A stretch of 64,000 nucleotides of DNA from Candidatus Zhuqueibacterota bacterium (GCA_049322915.1 JBMOPW010000034.1:1-64000), one strand, 5' to 3'. Positions 10,721 to 20,364 are shown, numbered from the stretch's first letter. Numbers and translations are program-made. The notes: generated from the sequence alone by a model not told the origin.

Positions 10721-10845
10721 GAATGCCTGAAAATCAATGTCATTTCAATAGCTTGACGAACTGCTGCAGTCCGGAATCGATCCATTTTCAATGGCATGAA
10801 AACTCAAAAAGTTAAATTTGCTGACCACGTGAACGGGAAAACTGT

Positions 10846-12279
10846 ATGGCCTTTTTAATCACTATCGGCGTTTATCTTGTCGTGCTAGTAAGTCTGGGCG
10901 TTCTTTTTGCATTTCGAGTGAAGAGCCAGGAAGATTTTATGGTCGCGGGCAGAAAGCTGACAGCGCCCATCCTGGTTGGGACACTGCTGGCCACATGGAT
11001 TGGCTCCGGCGATATTTTCAGCGTGGCTGACCTGAGCTATCACCATGGATATTCTTCGCTCATCGGGAGCGCCGGCGGATGGCTGGGAATACTCTTTGTG
11101 TATTTCATCGCCGGTCGCGTGAGAACCTTTGGGCAGTACACTGTGCCGGATATTCTCGAAGTCCGATACAACAAATGGGCGCGGCTGCTGGCGACGCTGA
11201 CAACCATCATCGCCTATGTCACCATCGTGAGCTATCAGTTCCGCGGCGGGGGATTTGTGCTGAACATCTTTTCCGATGGCAAAATCCCCCAGGATCTGGC
11301 CATGCTGATTGTTGCTATATTCGTCGTTCTTTATACGCTCACCGCTGGGATGCTTTCTGTCGCCTATATGGATGTGATCAATGGATTGATGATTCTGACC
11401 GGCGTGTTTATAGCATTGCCATTTTTAATACATCACGTCGGCGGCCTCGACTATATCACTGCAAATCTGCCGCCGCGCAAGCATTTCATTCTGGGCAATA
11501 TGTCCTGGATTCAGGCGTTGGGCTACTTTGTGCCGACGCTGCTGCTGGCGCTGGGAAATGGCAATATGTATCAACGATTCTTTTCTGCTAAAAATCCAGC
11601 CGAGGCGAAGAAGTCGGTGATTGGCTGGGTCATTGGCGTCATTTTCATTGGGATTGCCATGCAAAGTCTGGCAGTCGTGGGGAGCAGTTATTTCAAAGGC
11701 CTGTCTGAGCTTGAATCTGCAAAAATCATCCTGCTTGTCACGCGCAGCGGTGTGCCGGTGGTAATTGGCTGCATGCTCGTGGCAGCTATTGTGGCCATTA
11801 TCATTTCAACAGCGAACAGCTTCCTGCTGGTGCCCGCGACCAATGTGATGCGCGATGTCTATCAACGTTTCATCAATCCGGCTATTTCGGATAAGCGCAT
11901 CATCTTTTATTCGCGCCTCGTGGTCATCCTCCTCGGCGGAATGGCCTACGGATTGATACAATTTTTCCCGCGCGTTCTGGACGCTGCCTATGCTGCCTAC
12001 ACTGTGTACGGCGCCGGCATTACGCCCGCCCTAATCGCGACATTTTTCTGGAAACGGGCGACGCCGCTCGCCGGAGTCGCCTCCATGCTGGCTGGAACCG
12101 TGCTGACGGTTGTCTGGGAAATCATTCGCAGAGTTCAGGGTGAATTCCTGTTCGGCCTGCCGGCTATTTATCCGGCGCTCATCGGCTCGTTATTATGTTT
12201 GATTCTCATCAGTCTGTTACAGCCACCGCCGGCTCGGGAAAAGTGGCAGCCGTTTTTCACTCCAACAAAAGAGCAGTGA
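10846..12279 (+). CDS. Sodium:solute symporter (SSS/PutP family)
   Basis: About 13 TM segments; EDFMVAGR, ATWIGSG, GGFVL, YQRFFSAK, AIIISTANS motifs. Confidence 0.92.
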   Translation: MAFLITIGVYLVVLVSLGVLFAFRVKSQEDFMVAGRKLTAPILVGTLLATWIGSGDIFSVADLSYHHGYSSLIGSAGGWLGILFVYFIAGRVRTFGQYTVPDILEVRYNKWARLLATLTTIIAYVTIVSYQFRGGGFVLNIFSDGKIPQDLAMLIVAIFVVLYTLTAGMLSVAYMDVINGLMILTGVFIALPFLIHHVGGLDYITANLPPRKHFILGNMSWIQALGYFVPTLLLALGNGNMYQRFFSAKNPAEAKKSVIGWVIGVIFIGIAMQSLAVVGSSYFKGLSELESAKIILLVTRSGVPVVIGCMLVAAIVAIIISTANSFLLVPATNVMRDVYQRFINPAISDKRIIFYSRLVVILLGGMAYGLIQFFPRVLDAAYAAYTVYGAGITPALIATFFWKRATPLAGVASMLAGTVLTVVWEIIRRVQGEFLFGLPAIYPALIGSLLCLILISLLQPPPAREKWQPFFTPTKEQ

Positions 12280-12289
12280 GGTTTTTGAA

Positions 12290-12415
12290 ATGAAAGGTAT
12301 TCAAAATCGGCAGAAGAAAATTGTGACGCCGAAACAGACATTTAAAAAAGAAGTGAATAAATTCCAGAAAGCTAAGAAGGACATTAAAAAGAAAGACCAG
12401 TTGGGGCGATCCTGA
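12290..12415 (+). CDS. 41-aa lysine-rich small protein
   Basis: Below ORF-track cutoff. GTGAGGT RBS; MKGIQNRQKKIVTPKQTFKKEVNKFQKAKKDIKKKDQLGRS*; TGATG overlap with the next start. Confidence 0.6.
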   Translation: MKGIQNRQKKIVTPKQTFKKEVNKFQKAKKDIKKKDQLGRS

Positions 12416-13032
12416 TGGCGATCATTTATCCCATTAACTCACAAAATCCGCAGCAGCGATTGATCAGTAAAGTCGCTGAGATTTTGAAAGACGAAGGAAT
12501 CATTGCCTATCCGACGGACACAGTGTACGGGATTGGCTGTGATATTTTCTGCAAACGAGCCATTGAGCGAATTTTTCAGATTAAAGGAAAATCGCACAAG
12601 ACCCCGCTGAGTTTCATCTGTCCCGATCTGAAGGACATCAGCAATTACGCACATGTGTCCAACCGGGCGTATAAAGTGATGCGCCACCTTCTGCCGGGGC
12701 CCTATACTTTCGTGCTGAAGGCCACCCGTCTGGTGCCGAAATTGATGATCACCCAGCGAAAAACAGTCGGCATTCGCGTGCCGGATAATCGGATATGTAT
12801 CGCTCTGCTGCTGGAATTGGGCCATCCAATCGTCAGCACCAGCGCAAGCTTCGGACAGTACGACATCTTTCTTGACGCGGAGGAAATTGATATTCGCCTC
12901 GGCCATCAGTTGGATGCCATCATCGATGGCGGGCCGCTTGGCGAAAGTTCATCCAGCGTGGTCGATTTGACCGACGATGATCATTTCCGCGTCCTTCGGG
13001 TCGGCAAAGGGGACGTCAGTATGTTCGAGTGA
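12415..13032 (+). CDS. Sua5/YrdC/YciO family protein, YciO-like
   Basis: IAYPTDTVYGIGC, LLPGPYT, GIRVP, STSA; lacks the KxR..SxN tetrad of true TsaC. Confidence 0.85.
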   Translation: MAIIYPINSQNPQQRLISKVAEILKDEGIIAYPTDTVYGIGCDIFCKRAIERIFQIKGKSHKTPLSFICPDLKDISNYAHVSNRAYKVMRHLLPGPYTFVLKATRLVPKLMITQRKTVGIRVPDNRICIALLLELGHPIVSTSASFGQYDIFLDAEEIDIRLGHQLDAIIDGGPLGESSSSVVDLTDDDHFRVLRVGKGDVSMFE

Positions 13033-13119
13033 ACAGCGAGTCACCGCTATTCCATAGCGTCGCAGGTTTTGCCCTGTCTCACATGTTCCTGCAATCAATT
13101 TGTTTTCGAGGTTGTTCCA

Positions 13120-14889
13120 ATGAAAGCTCCAACGTCTTCCAACATCATCGCTTCCCGACTCATTTTAGGAATTGTCTCCCTGCTGGCAGGGCTTCAGTGC
13201 CACAACGTCCTGGAAGATAGAAAATTCGATCAATTCATCGAAGATTTTTTAGATCGATACTGCCAGTTTTTTCCAGTCGAAGCCACGCTGATGGGCAATC
13301 ATCGCTACGATAATCTGCTGGAGAATTACAGCCCGGCGTCCCTGAAGGAAGTCCACACCTTCCTGAATGACAATCTCACAGCGCTGGAAAAAGTCGATAC
13401 GCTCACTCTCACAACGCTAAATCGGCTGAACTACCGGATACTCACATCGAAAATCCATGAGAAACAATTTGAACTGCAGGAAATGAAAAGATGGCGGACA
13501 GATGCCACATTTTACAGTGATGTGCTGGAAGATCTGGTCCGCGGTATCAGTCTGCACGCAAAGGATTCGACTCAATTCCATGCGCTCCTTCTGTCCGAAC
13601 GCATCGAGAAAATCCCTGTTCTGTTGAGTCAGGCGCGTGAAAATCTGATTTCACCGGACCCTGTCACTTATGACCTGGCAGCGCAGCGCATCGAACGCGT
13701 GGAGAATTCTTTACCATCTGTCATCGATAACCTGCCGCTCTCAAGTATCGAGCGGGACAGCCTCGCTTCGGTCGTTGCCCGGATATCGAACGCCCTGCTG
13801 GATTTCCGTCTCCACCTTAGCAGCCTCAGCGCTGTGCGGGGCGTTTCAGCGCCGGCATATCCTGGCCAACAATATGAAAATTATTTACATTCGTTCCTTG
13901 TGGCGCCTGTCCCACTGGACTCCGTGATTCATTCTCTGCAACGCGAAATTGACCGCCGCTCGGACGAAATGGTTCGCGCTGCTCAAACCTTTGTGACCGA
14001 TACAAGTGAGATGAAACCGGCGTGCGATGAAGAGGCGCTGTTGCAACTGCTGGAGAATGCAGTTCAATCGGATGTGCTCCAGACGGATGTGATCCTCCCG
14101 TTCTGCGCGTTCACCATCGATCAGATGAAGCGTTTCATCGATGAAATTTGGAATTTGCCCCTGCCTTTGAATTATCATATTGATCTGGAGTGGTCGAACG
14201 ACGCGTTCGCCTTCCCTCTGAAACTGGCTTATTTTGAGCCGCAAGGTTTTTTCGATGAATCGCTGCATTTTTTTTGCCGGGTGAATCCTGTGAAGGATAA
14301 CCAGGACTGGATCATGCAATTGGCGGCCCAGAGAAAATACAATCAGTCATCGATCACGGCAGCGATGCTGCTGGAGGCGAATGTCGGCCATTTCGCGTAC
14401 TGGAAAGAGAACCGGCACCAGATTCCCATCCTGGCCCGGGCCTTTCCCAATCCTGTCTTTCTGGCAGGCTGGCCGTATTATCTGGCGTTCAAACTTTTGG
14501 AGAGCGGATTCCGGGGATATGACGCGAAGCTTCAATACGTCGTTTTAAAAAACTACCTGAGAGTGCTTCATCTTGCCCTGGCCGAGACTCGCTTTTACAG
14601 CGGAGCCATGACGCACCAGAACGTGGAAAAATATCTCATGAGCACTCGGCTGTTCGATGCGGTAGAGGTGCAGCTTGCGCGGGAGCAGATGCTGAACCAC
14701 CCGGCTCAATCGCTCTTTGTGTTCTGGGGCGTGCGGCAATTTCAGGAACTGGAAAGCCAGTGCCGGAATCAATCCGGCCTCGATTTCAGTTTTAATGGTT
14801 TCATCAGTAAAATGATACGTTACGGACCAGTCTCGCCGGCTTATGTGAAGCGACTGGCCAACGAAGAATTCCAGGCGAAAAAGCGATGA
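13120..14889 (+). CDS. DUF885-family lipoprotein with degenerate metal site
   Basis: Start MKAPT at 13120 with GAGGT RBS; putative lipobox AGLQ-C; PVEATLMGNHRYD; LEANVGH and LAGWPYY at the usual HExxPGH and EGW positions. Confidence 0.75.
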   Translation: MKAPTSSNIIASRLILGIVSLLAGLQCHNVLEDRKFDQFIEDFLDRYCQFFPVEATLMGNHRYDNLLENYSPASLKEVHTFLNDNLTALEKVDTLTLTTLNRLNYRILTSKIHEKQFELQEMKRWRTDATFYSDVLEDLVRGISLHAKDSTQFHALLLSERIEKIPVLLSQARENLISPDPVTYDLAAQRIERVENSLPSVIDNLPLSSIERDSLASVVARISNALLDFRLHLSSLSAVRGVSAPAYPGQQYENYLHSFLVAPVPLDSVIHSLQREIDRRSDEMVRAAQTFVTDTSEMKPACDEEALLQLLENAVQSDVLQTDVILPFCAFTIDQMKRFIDEIWNLPLPLNYHIDLEWSNDAFAFPLKLAYFEPQGFFDESLHFFCRVNPVKDNQDWIMQLAAQRKYNQSSITAAMLLEANVGHFAYWKENRHQIPILARAFPNPVFLAGWPYYLAFKLLESGFRGYDAKLQYVVLKNYLRVLHLALAETRFYSGAMTHQNVEKYLMSTRLFDAVEVQLAREQMLNHPAQSLFVFWGVRQFQELESQCRNQSGLDFSFNGFISKMIRYGPVSPAYVKRLANEEFQAKKR

Positions 14890-15079
14890 ACACCGGGCGA
14901 TACTGAGAAATGTGACGCGGGATTGCCGTTGAATCGGCTATAGCCTTTTCATCGAAAGGTGCAATCGAACCGACGTATTGCCCAGATTGGAAAAGGTCTG
15001 TTCGTTTTGCAGGAATATAAATAATTTAGCAAGCAACAGTCAAGGTATTGAAATTAAATTAACATGGAGGAGGCGCGAC

Positions 15080-16093
15080 ATGATTTCATTCGAGGATATA
15101 AAAAAGGCGAAGGGCTCTCATTTAGCTTCGCTGAAGAGTAAATTGAACGTGAACGGCGTCGGCATTGGCCACAAAATCAGTGGAGGAAAAAACACCGGAC
15201 AGACCTGCGTATCCGTTCTGGTTCGAAAAAAACTGACCACATCAGATTTGTCGGCAAAGGACATGATCCCCAAAACCATCGACGGCATTCCTACCGATGT
15301 GCTGGAAATAGGGCACGTTGTCGCGTTGAAATTGCGGACGGATCGATGGCGTCCGGCCCCGGGCGGTGTGAGTATCGGCCATTACGCAATCACCGCCGGA
15401 ACCCTGGGAGCTATTGTGAAAGATGCAACGACAGGGGAGCCGCTAATTCTTTCCAACAATCACGTGATGGCCAATAGCAATGACGCCAGCGTCGGCGATG
15501 TGATTTTGCAGCCGGGCCCTGCGGATGGCGGCCAGAATCCACAGGATCGAATCGCCAATCTGGAGCGATTCGTGCGTATCGAATTTCAGGGCGATGGTGG
15601 AGGCAGCACATGCCCGATTTCCAATGGCGTTGCCAGCGTGCTGAATGCCCTGGCAAAGATGGTCGGGTCCAGTCATCGGCTGATTTCCAAAAAAATGGCG
15701 GCCGCAGCGGCCAATGAGGTGGACGCCGCTGTTGCCAAGCTGGCCTGGTCCGATGTCGTGTCTTCGGAAATCATTGATATCGGCGTGATTACCGGCGCCA
15801 AAGCAGTCACGCTGGGGATGTCGCTTCGGAAGAGCGGAAGGACGACCTCGACGACGACCGGTACGGTTCAGGTCATCGATACCAACGTGGATGTGGGTTA
15901 CGGCGGCAGCAAAATCGCCACGTTCGAAAACCAGATCATTGCCGGCGCCATGTCCAGTCCTGGTGATTCCGGCTCGCTGGTCGTTGATGGATCAGAGCCT
16001 CTGGCCGTGGGTCTGCTGTTCGCCGGGTCCGATGCGACCACGGTGATCAATCCCATCGATCGGGTGATGGCGCTGCTGAATATTCATTTCTAA
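15080..16093 (+). CDS. Nal1-like trypsin-fold serine protease, no signal peptide
   Basis: GGAGGAGG RBS; NVNGVGIG..VLVRKK..IPKTIDGIPTDV N-domain; triad LSNNHV / VDAA / GDSGS. Confidence 0.85.
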   Translation: MISFEDIKKAKGSHLASLKSKLNVNGVGIGHKISGGKNTGQTCVSVLVRKKLTTSDLSAKDMIPKTIDGIPTDVLEIGHVVALKLRTDRWRPAPGGVSIGHYAITAGTLGAIVKDATTGEPLILSNNHVMANSNDASVGDVILQPGPADGGQNPQDRIANLERFVRIEFQGDGGGSTCPISNGVASVLNALAKMVGSSHRLISKKMAAAAANEVDAAVAKLAWSDVVSSEIIDIGVITGAKAVTLGMSLRKSGRTTSTTTGTVQVIDTNVDVGYGGSKIATFENQIIAGAMSSPGDSGSLVVDGSEPLAVGLLFAGSDATTVINPIDRVMALLNIHF

Positions 16094-16097
16094 ATAG

Positions 16098-16141
16098 AAA
16101 ATCCCCGGCTGTAAATTCTGATACCAGCCGGGGATTTTTTT
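16098..16141. terminator. Intrinsic terminator, probably bidirectional
   Basis: aaaatccccggctg..cagccggggatttttt between convergent genes. Confidence 0.85.
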
Positions 16142-16328
16142 ATACAGTCAAAGAAAATGATTCCCTGATGTAGCATGAAGTGCTGTTCACTTCGCTTCAA
16201 AATGTCCAGGTCACGCAGAGCATTCGCGATAACTGAAATTTCCCGCCAGGGTCGCTCCTGAAACAAACCTGCAATTCCAAAATAAACCGTCGTGTTGGCG
16301 ACAATGGCCGCCCTTGACGACGCAGCTT

Positions 16329-18014
16329 TTACTCGGCAAAATGACGATAAATTTTAAAGACAATGAAAATAATAACAATCACTGCTGCCCAACCAATGGC
16401 CAGCGAATGCAGGACTGGCATGTTCCATATCAGATTGAAGAGTCCGCTGAGACCATGCATGAGAGAATCTGATTTTAAAATTGTATGCAATTCGCTCGAA
16501 TCCTTCAACAGGGAGGCGAGCCCCAAAAATCCGATGCCGGTACCAAAGACGATTGCCAGCCGCTGGAGATGAGCGCCATTCTGCTGAATGACCATGTTGT
16601 TGGAATGTGACAGGAAGAAATTCAGTTCTTCGATATTCTTTTGAATGTGTTTTTCAATCTCCCTGAGACTCAGAATTTGTATCAAATAGTCGAACTTCTC
16701 GATGGCATAACTTGCGCGGAAGACCGATGGCGCGACCAGGACATCGCGGATGGAAGGCATCATATTGAAAATATTGGAAACACGCTTGGCCAGTTGATCC
16801 ATCTCTTTCTTCTCATGTCTGGATATGCCTTTTGATGTGAACTCCTGGGTCAACCGCGAGATGAAATCCATTTCGCGGGTGGTGTAGAATTCAACCAATT
16901 GCAGTTCCGACCGCAGCGCGATGATGTGCTCAATGCCCCGAATGATGCATTTCCAATAATCATTGTAGCGGATGCCCTGCTTTCCTTTCTGGCCCCGGAA
17001 GGGCAGATGGACGGACTGTTCGGACAGGGGACAATAGACCAGCGTCCGCTCCGGGCCGATGAGACACAATTCATCGTCCCATGCGGATAAATTTTTCAAC
17101 TTCAGTTTTTCTATTTCCTTTTTGGAAAAGGACGGAAACACGATCTCTTCATTTTTCGAACTGCCTAACAACGTGCCTCCCCAGAGAGTTAACATCGCCC
17201 GACTGTAATCCGGATTGTCCAACAGTTCCGCACCCTGGAGTTTGGCATTTCGTTCGCTCTTATGGTTGTAAATCTCCTTGAAAAAGATGACCGTGTGCTT
17301 TTCCATTATCGGCATGGTGTCGGAATCCCGGGGCATGGTCAGCTTCACTTCCTTTTTGGTATCGAATTTGAATACTTTCACGAGATTGATGAAGATGCCA
17401 ATGATCTGATAAGCAAGCTGCCACGGCAGAGGATGATCGAGCGTTGAAAGAATCGCTTTGCGCTGCGGCTCAGGGAAGTTATTGACTATCTTCAATAGTT
17501 CAGTTTTGATGACATCCTTTTCCGGTTCCAGCAGGTCGATGCTCAAATCGTACAGGCTCATCTCAGCAAATTTCTGGCTGAGCTTCACGACGATGAATCC
17601 ATTGCGAGTCAGCCGAATTTTGAAATGGTCCCAGCGAAACCACTCTTTCTGGAAGATTTCCGATTTGGCAAAATGCTCATCGAGATAATTCAGGCCATCG
17701 GTTTGGTCCAATTCATAGGTGGGGAAGAACCAGTTTTCGACCAGGCGATTTTTGAACACGCCGATCGAGTAGCCCTGTTCCTCAATCCAGGGATCACCGC
17801 CCAGTACGTGGGGCTCAAGTTTAATGAAGGGATGGGGAATGGTGAGCTTTTTCAAGAATTGCACATATTGGCTGCTGCCGCGAATATTTCGAAATATTTC
17901 CCGGCTGACTAGATCTTTTTCAGCCATGAACCGACCAAGATTTATCGCCATGATAATGGTGATTTTGCCTGATCCGGCCAACATCTTCGCTTCGTGATTC
18001 GACTCATCTTTCAT
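16329..18014 (-). CDS. Hypothetical membrane protein with CorA/DUF155-like architecture
   Basis: Large soluble N-domain, long amphipathic helices, two C-terminal TM helices; no GMN motif; GAGGAG RBS. Confidence 0.6.
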   Translation of the reverse strand: MKDESNHEAKMLAGSGKITIIMAINLGRFMAEKDLVSREIFRNIRGSSQYVQFLKKLTIPHPFIKLEPHVLGGDPWIEEQGYSIGVFKNRLVENWFFPTYELDQTDGLNYLDEHFAKSEIFQKEWFRWDHFKIRLTRNGFIVVKLSQKFAEMSLYDLSIDLLEPEKDVIKTELLKIVNNFPEPQRKAILSTLDHPLPWQLAYQIIGIFINLVKVFKFDTKKEVKLTMPRDSDTMPIMEKHTVIFFKEIYNHKSERNAKLQGAELLDNPDYSRAMLTLWGGTLLGSSKNEEIVFPSFSKKEIEKLKLKNLSAWDDELCLIGPERTLVYCPLSEQSVHLPFRGQKGKQGIRYNDYWKCIIRGIEHIIALRSELQLVEFYTTREMDFISRLTQEFTSKGISRHEKKEMDQLAKRVSNIFNMMPSIRDVLVAPSVFRASYAIEKFDYLIQILSLREIEKHIQKNIEELNFFLSHSNNMVIQQNGAHLQRLAIVFGTGIGFLGLASLLKDSSELHTILKSDSLMHGLSGLFNLIWNMPVLHSLAIGWAAVIVIIFIVFKIYRHFAE

Positions 18015-18079
18015 AGTGACGACTCCTCAAAATTATTAGCCATGAAAAACAACATTTCACGATGTTCACATTGATTAAC

Positions 18080-18107
18080 AAAATATGATTTTTATTTAAA
18101 AAGTCAA
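18080..18107 (-). promoter_or_regulatory. Putative sigma70 promoter for the CorA-like gene
   Basis: Minus strand TTGACT-N16-TATTTT. Confidence 0.45.
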
Positions 18108-18167
18108 GAAGAATTTAGCAGTTAATGGAGGTGAAGTCAGAAAAACAGGGAAGATGATTGCCGGCGA

Positions 18168-18986
18168 TTATTTGAAGCCTTTCAAAACATCGGAGGAAAT
18201 TCCTTTTTCCAGCAGCAGGGGCAAAATCTCAAACTCGGGCGGGACTTCCAGCCCCATGGATTTCAATTCGGCCACGTTGCGAAAGACAATTTCGGGCTGA
18301 TCGTCGAAGATGATGCTGCCCTTTTCCAGGACAATCAGGCGGTCGGCGTGAAGCGCTTCTTCGGGAAATTGCGTGACGAGGATGATGGTGATCTGCTCGG
18401 TTGTCTTCTTCTCCCTGTTGTCGGTTTTGATTTCGGAAAGTAGCGACAGAAGCTCGCGCCGGCTCTGGGGATCGAGCATGGATGTCGGTTCGTCGAGGAT
18501 CAGATATTTGGGATTCATGGCCAGAATTGAAGCCAGGGCGACTTTCTGTTTCTCGCCGCCGGAGAGCAGGTGAGGCGGGTACTTTCGATACGGGGTGAGA
18601 TGAAATCGCTCAAGAATCGCCGTGATGACATGGTGAATGGTTTCCGTGGGCACGCCCAGATTTTCCAGGCCAAATGCGATCTCGCGTTCCACGGTGGTGG
18701 AGACCAACTGGTTATCCGGATTCTGGAACACCATGCCCACTTTTTTGCGTATGGCGAGAATATCGGCGTCGCTGGCGGTACAAAGATCATCCACGCAAAT
18801 CTGGCCGAAAGTGGGGCGGAGCAATCCATTCAGGCAGCGCACCAGCGTTGTCTTGCCGCTGCTGTTGTGTCCCATGAGCACTATGTATTCTCCCTCCCGT
18901 ATTTTCAAACTCACTTTATGAAGGGCTAACACCTTTTCCTGATTGGGGCGGGAATATTCAAAATCGATATCTCTGAGGTCAATCAT
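18168..18986 (-). CDS. ecfA: Energy-coupling factor transporter ATPase (EcfA/CbiO family)
   Basis: GHNSSGKT, VFQNPDNQ, LSGGEKQ, LDEPT..LDP. Confidence 0.85.
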   Translation of the reverse strand: MIDLRDIDFEYSRPNQEKVLALHKVSLKIREGEYIVLMGHNSSGKTTLVRCLNGLLRPTFGQICVDDLCTASDADILAIRKKVGMVFQNPDNQLVSTTVEREIAFGLENLGVPTETIHHVITAILERFHLTPYRKYPPHLLSGGEKQKVALASILAMNPKYLILDEPTSMLDPQSRRELLSLLSEIKTDNREKKTTEQITIILVTQFPEEALHADRLIVLEKGSIIFDDQPEIVFRNVAELKSMGLEVPPEFEILPLLLEKGISSDVLKGFK

Positions 18987-18993
18987 GGAGCAG

Positions 18994-19431
18994 TCATTCT
19001 CCCATCATTTGTAGGATAATTTCCCTCTGCCGCGGGCGATTGTCGAAATCGATCAGCACAATCTGCTGCCACGTTCCCAGTAGCAAGCGGCCTGAATTGA
19101 ACGGGACGGTCAGTGAGCAGCCAATGAGGGCGGCGCGGACGTGCGCAAAGCCATTGCCATCACCCCAGGTGGCATCGTGAAAATAGCGAGTGTTCATGGG
19201 AGCAATCTTGTCCAGCATCTCAGGAATATCCTGCAACAGGCCCGGTTCGTATTCGATGGTCGTGACGCCCGCGGTCGAGCCGGAGACAAAGACGGTGACA
19301 GCGCCCGAATTCAACTCCGAGCGTTGCACCGCTGCGGAGACATCCGCAGTGATATCGATGATGTCGGTGAATCCCCGGGTTGAAATTGAAATAGTATCCG
19401 TTCGTACGTTCACGTGTTGATCCTTTTTCAC
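18994..19431 (-). CDS. yjbQ: YjbQ (UPF0047) family protein; true start may be GTG at 19413
   Basis: GSTAGVTTIEYEPGL, HD..GNGFAHVRA, LGTWQQIVLIDFD. Confidence 0.9.
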   Translation of the reverse strand: MKKDQHVNVRTDTISISTRGFTDIIDITADVSAAVQRSELNSGAVTVFVSGSTAGVTTIEYEPGLLQDIPEMLDKIAPMNTRYFHDATWGDGNGFAHVRAALIGCSLTVPFNSGRLLLGTWQQIVLIDFDNRPRQREIILQMMGE

Positions 19432-19461
19432 TTGGTGAAAACGACGATTGCCCGCTTCGGC

Positions 19462-20364
19462 CTATTCGACCCGCGTCAACTCGATGAATTGCCGATAACG
19501 CGCATCGATCTGAGCCTGGGTCAAATCCCTGAGCCGATCCAGGCTGAAACGCTCGACGCAAAAAGAGGCCATGGTGCTCCCGTAAATGATGGCGCGTTTG
19601 AGTGTTTTGCCGGAGAAGTCATCCATTTTAGCCAGGTAGCCGACAAACCCGCCGGCAAAAGTGTCGCCCGCGCCGGTCGGATCCTGAATGGCTGACAATG
19701 GAAATGCCGGCGCCCAGAAATAGCCTTCGTCGTGGATCATCAGCGCGCCATGTTCGCCTTTTTTGATGACGAGAATTTTCGGCCCCATGGCCTGGATTTT
19801 GCGGGCCGCGCTGATGAGATTGGGATCATCGGCCAATTGCTTCGTCTCTGAATCATTGACAATCAAAATATCGATGGATTTCAGTACGCGGCGGAGGGAA
19901 TCCGGCGTTCCCTCAATCCAGAAATTCATGGTATCCATCACCACCAGTCTGGGTTTTTCAATCTGATCCAGGACTTTCTGCTGCAAGTCAGGGTGAATAT
20001 TGGCCAAAAAAATGTAGGGCGTTTTTTTGTAATGATCCGGCAGCACCGGATCGAAATTTTCAAACACATTCAAATGTGTGAACAGCGTTTTGCGCTGGTT
20101 GATGTCGGTCTCGTATTTGCCGCCCCAGCGGAATGTCTTGCCCTGTCGCTCCACGAGGCCATCGAAATTGACGCGTCGATCTTTCAGAAATTGAATTTGG
20201 TCATGGGGGAAATCTTCGCCGACCACGGCTACGACATTCACATCGGTAAAATAACTGGCGCTGGCGCTGAAGTAAGTGCCAGAGCCGCCGATCGCCTCAT
20301 CCACTTTCCCAAAGGGTGTTTCCACGCTATCCAAAGCTACCGAACCAACAACCAATACGCTCAT
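19462..20364 (-). CDS. PfkB/ribokinase-family carbohydrate kinase
   Basis: VGSVALD, GGSG, KKGEHG, DPTGAGDTFAGG. Confidence 0.92.
   Translation of the reverse strand: MSVLVVGSVALDSVETPFGKVDEAIGGSGTYFSASASYFTDVNVVAVVGEDFPHDQIQFLKDRRVNFDGLVERQGKTFRWGGKYETDINQRKTLFTHLNVFENFDPVLPDHYKKTPYIFLANIHPDLQQKVLDQIEKPRLVVMDTMNFWIEGTPDSLRRVLKSIDILIVNDSETKQLADDPNLISAARKIQAMGPKILVIKKGEHGALMIHDEGYFWAPAFPLSAIQDPTGAGDTFAGGFVGYLAKMDDFSGKTLKRAIIYGSTMASFCVERFSLDRLRDLTQAQIDARYRQFIELTRVE

Noticed and set aside
12415..13032. Calling this gene tsaC
   Set aside because: KxR..SxN tetrad absent (KGK..SAS); YciO-like is safer.
14895..14983. c-di-GMP-II riboswitch (GTGCAA..ACCGAC resemblance)
   Set aside because: Lacks the GGCAC pseudoknot partner and a convincing kink-turn.
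14978..15079. Upstream extensions in the ORF track (also at 13069, 27695, 40653, 51852, 52762, 54926, 55653)
   Set aside because: Downstream ATGs have better RBS, signal-peptide or promoter context.
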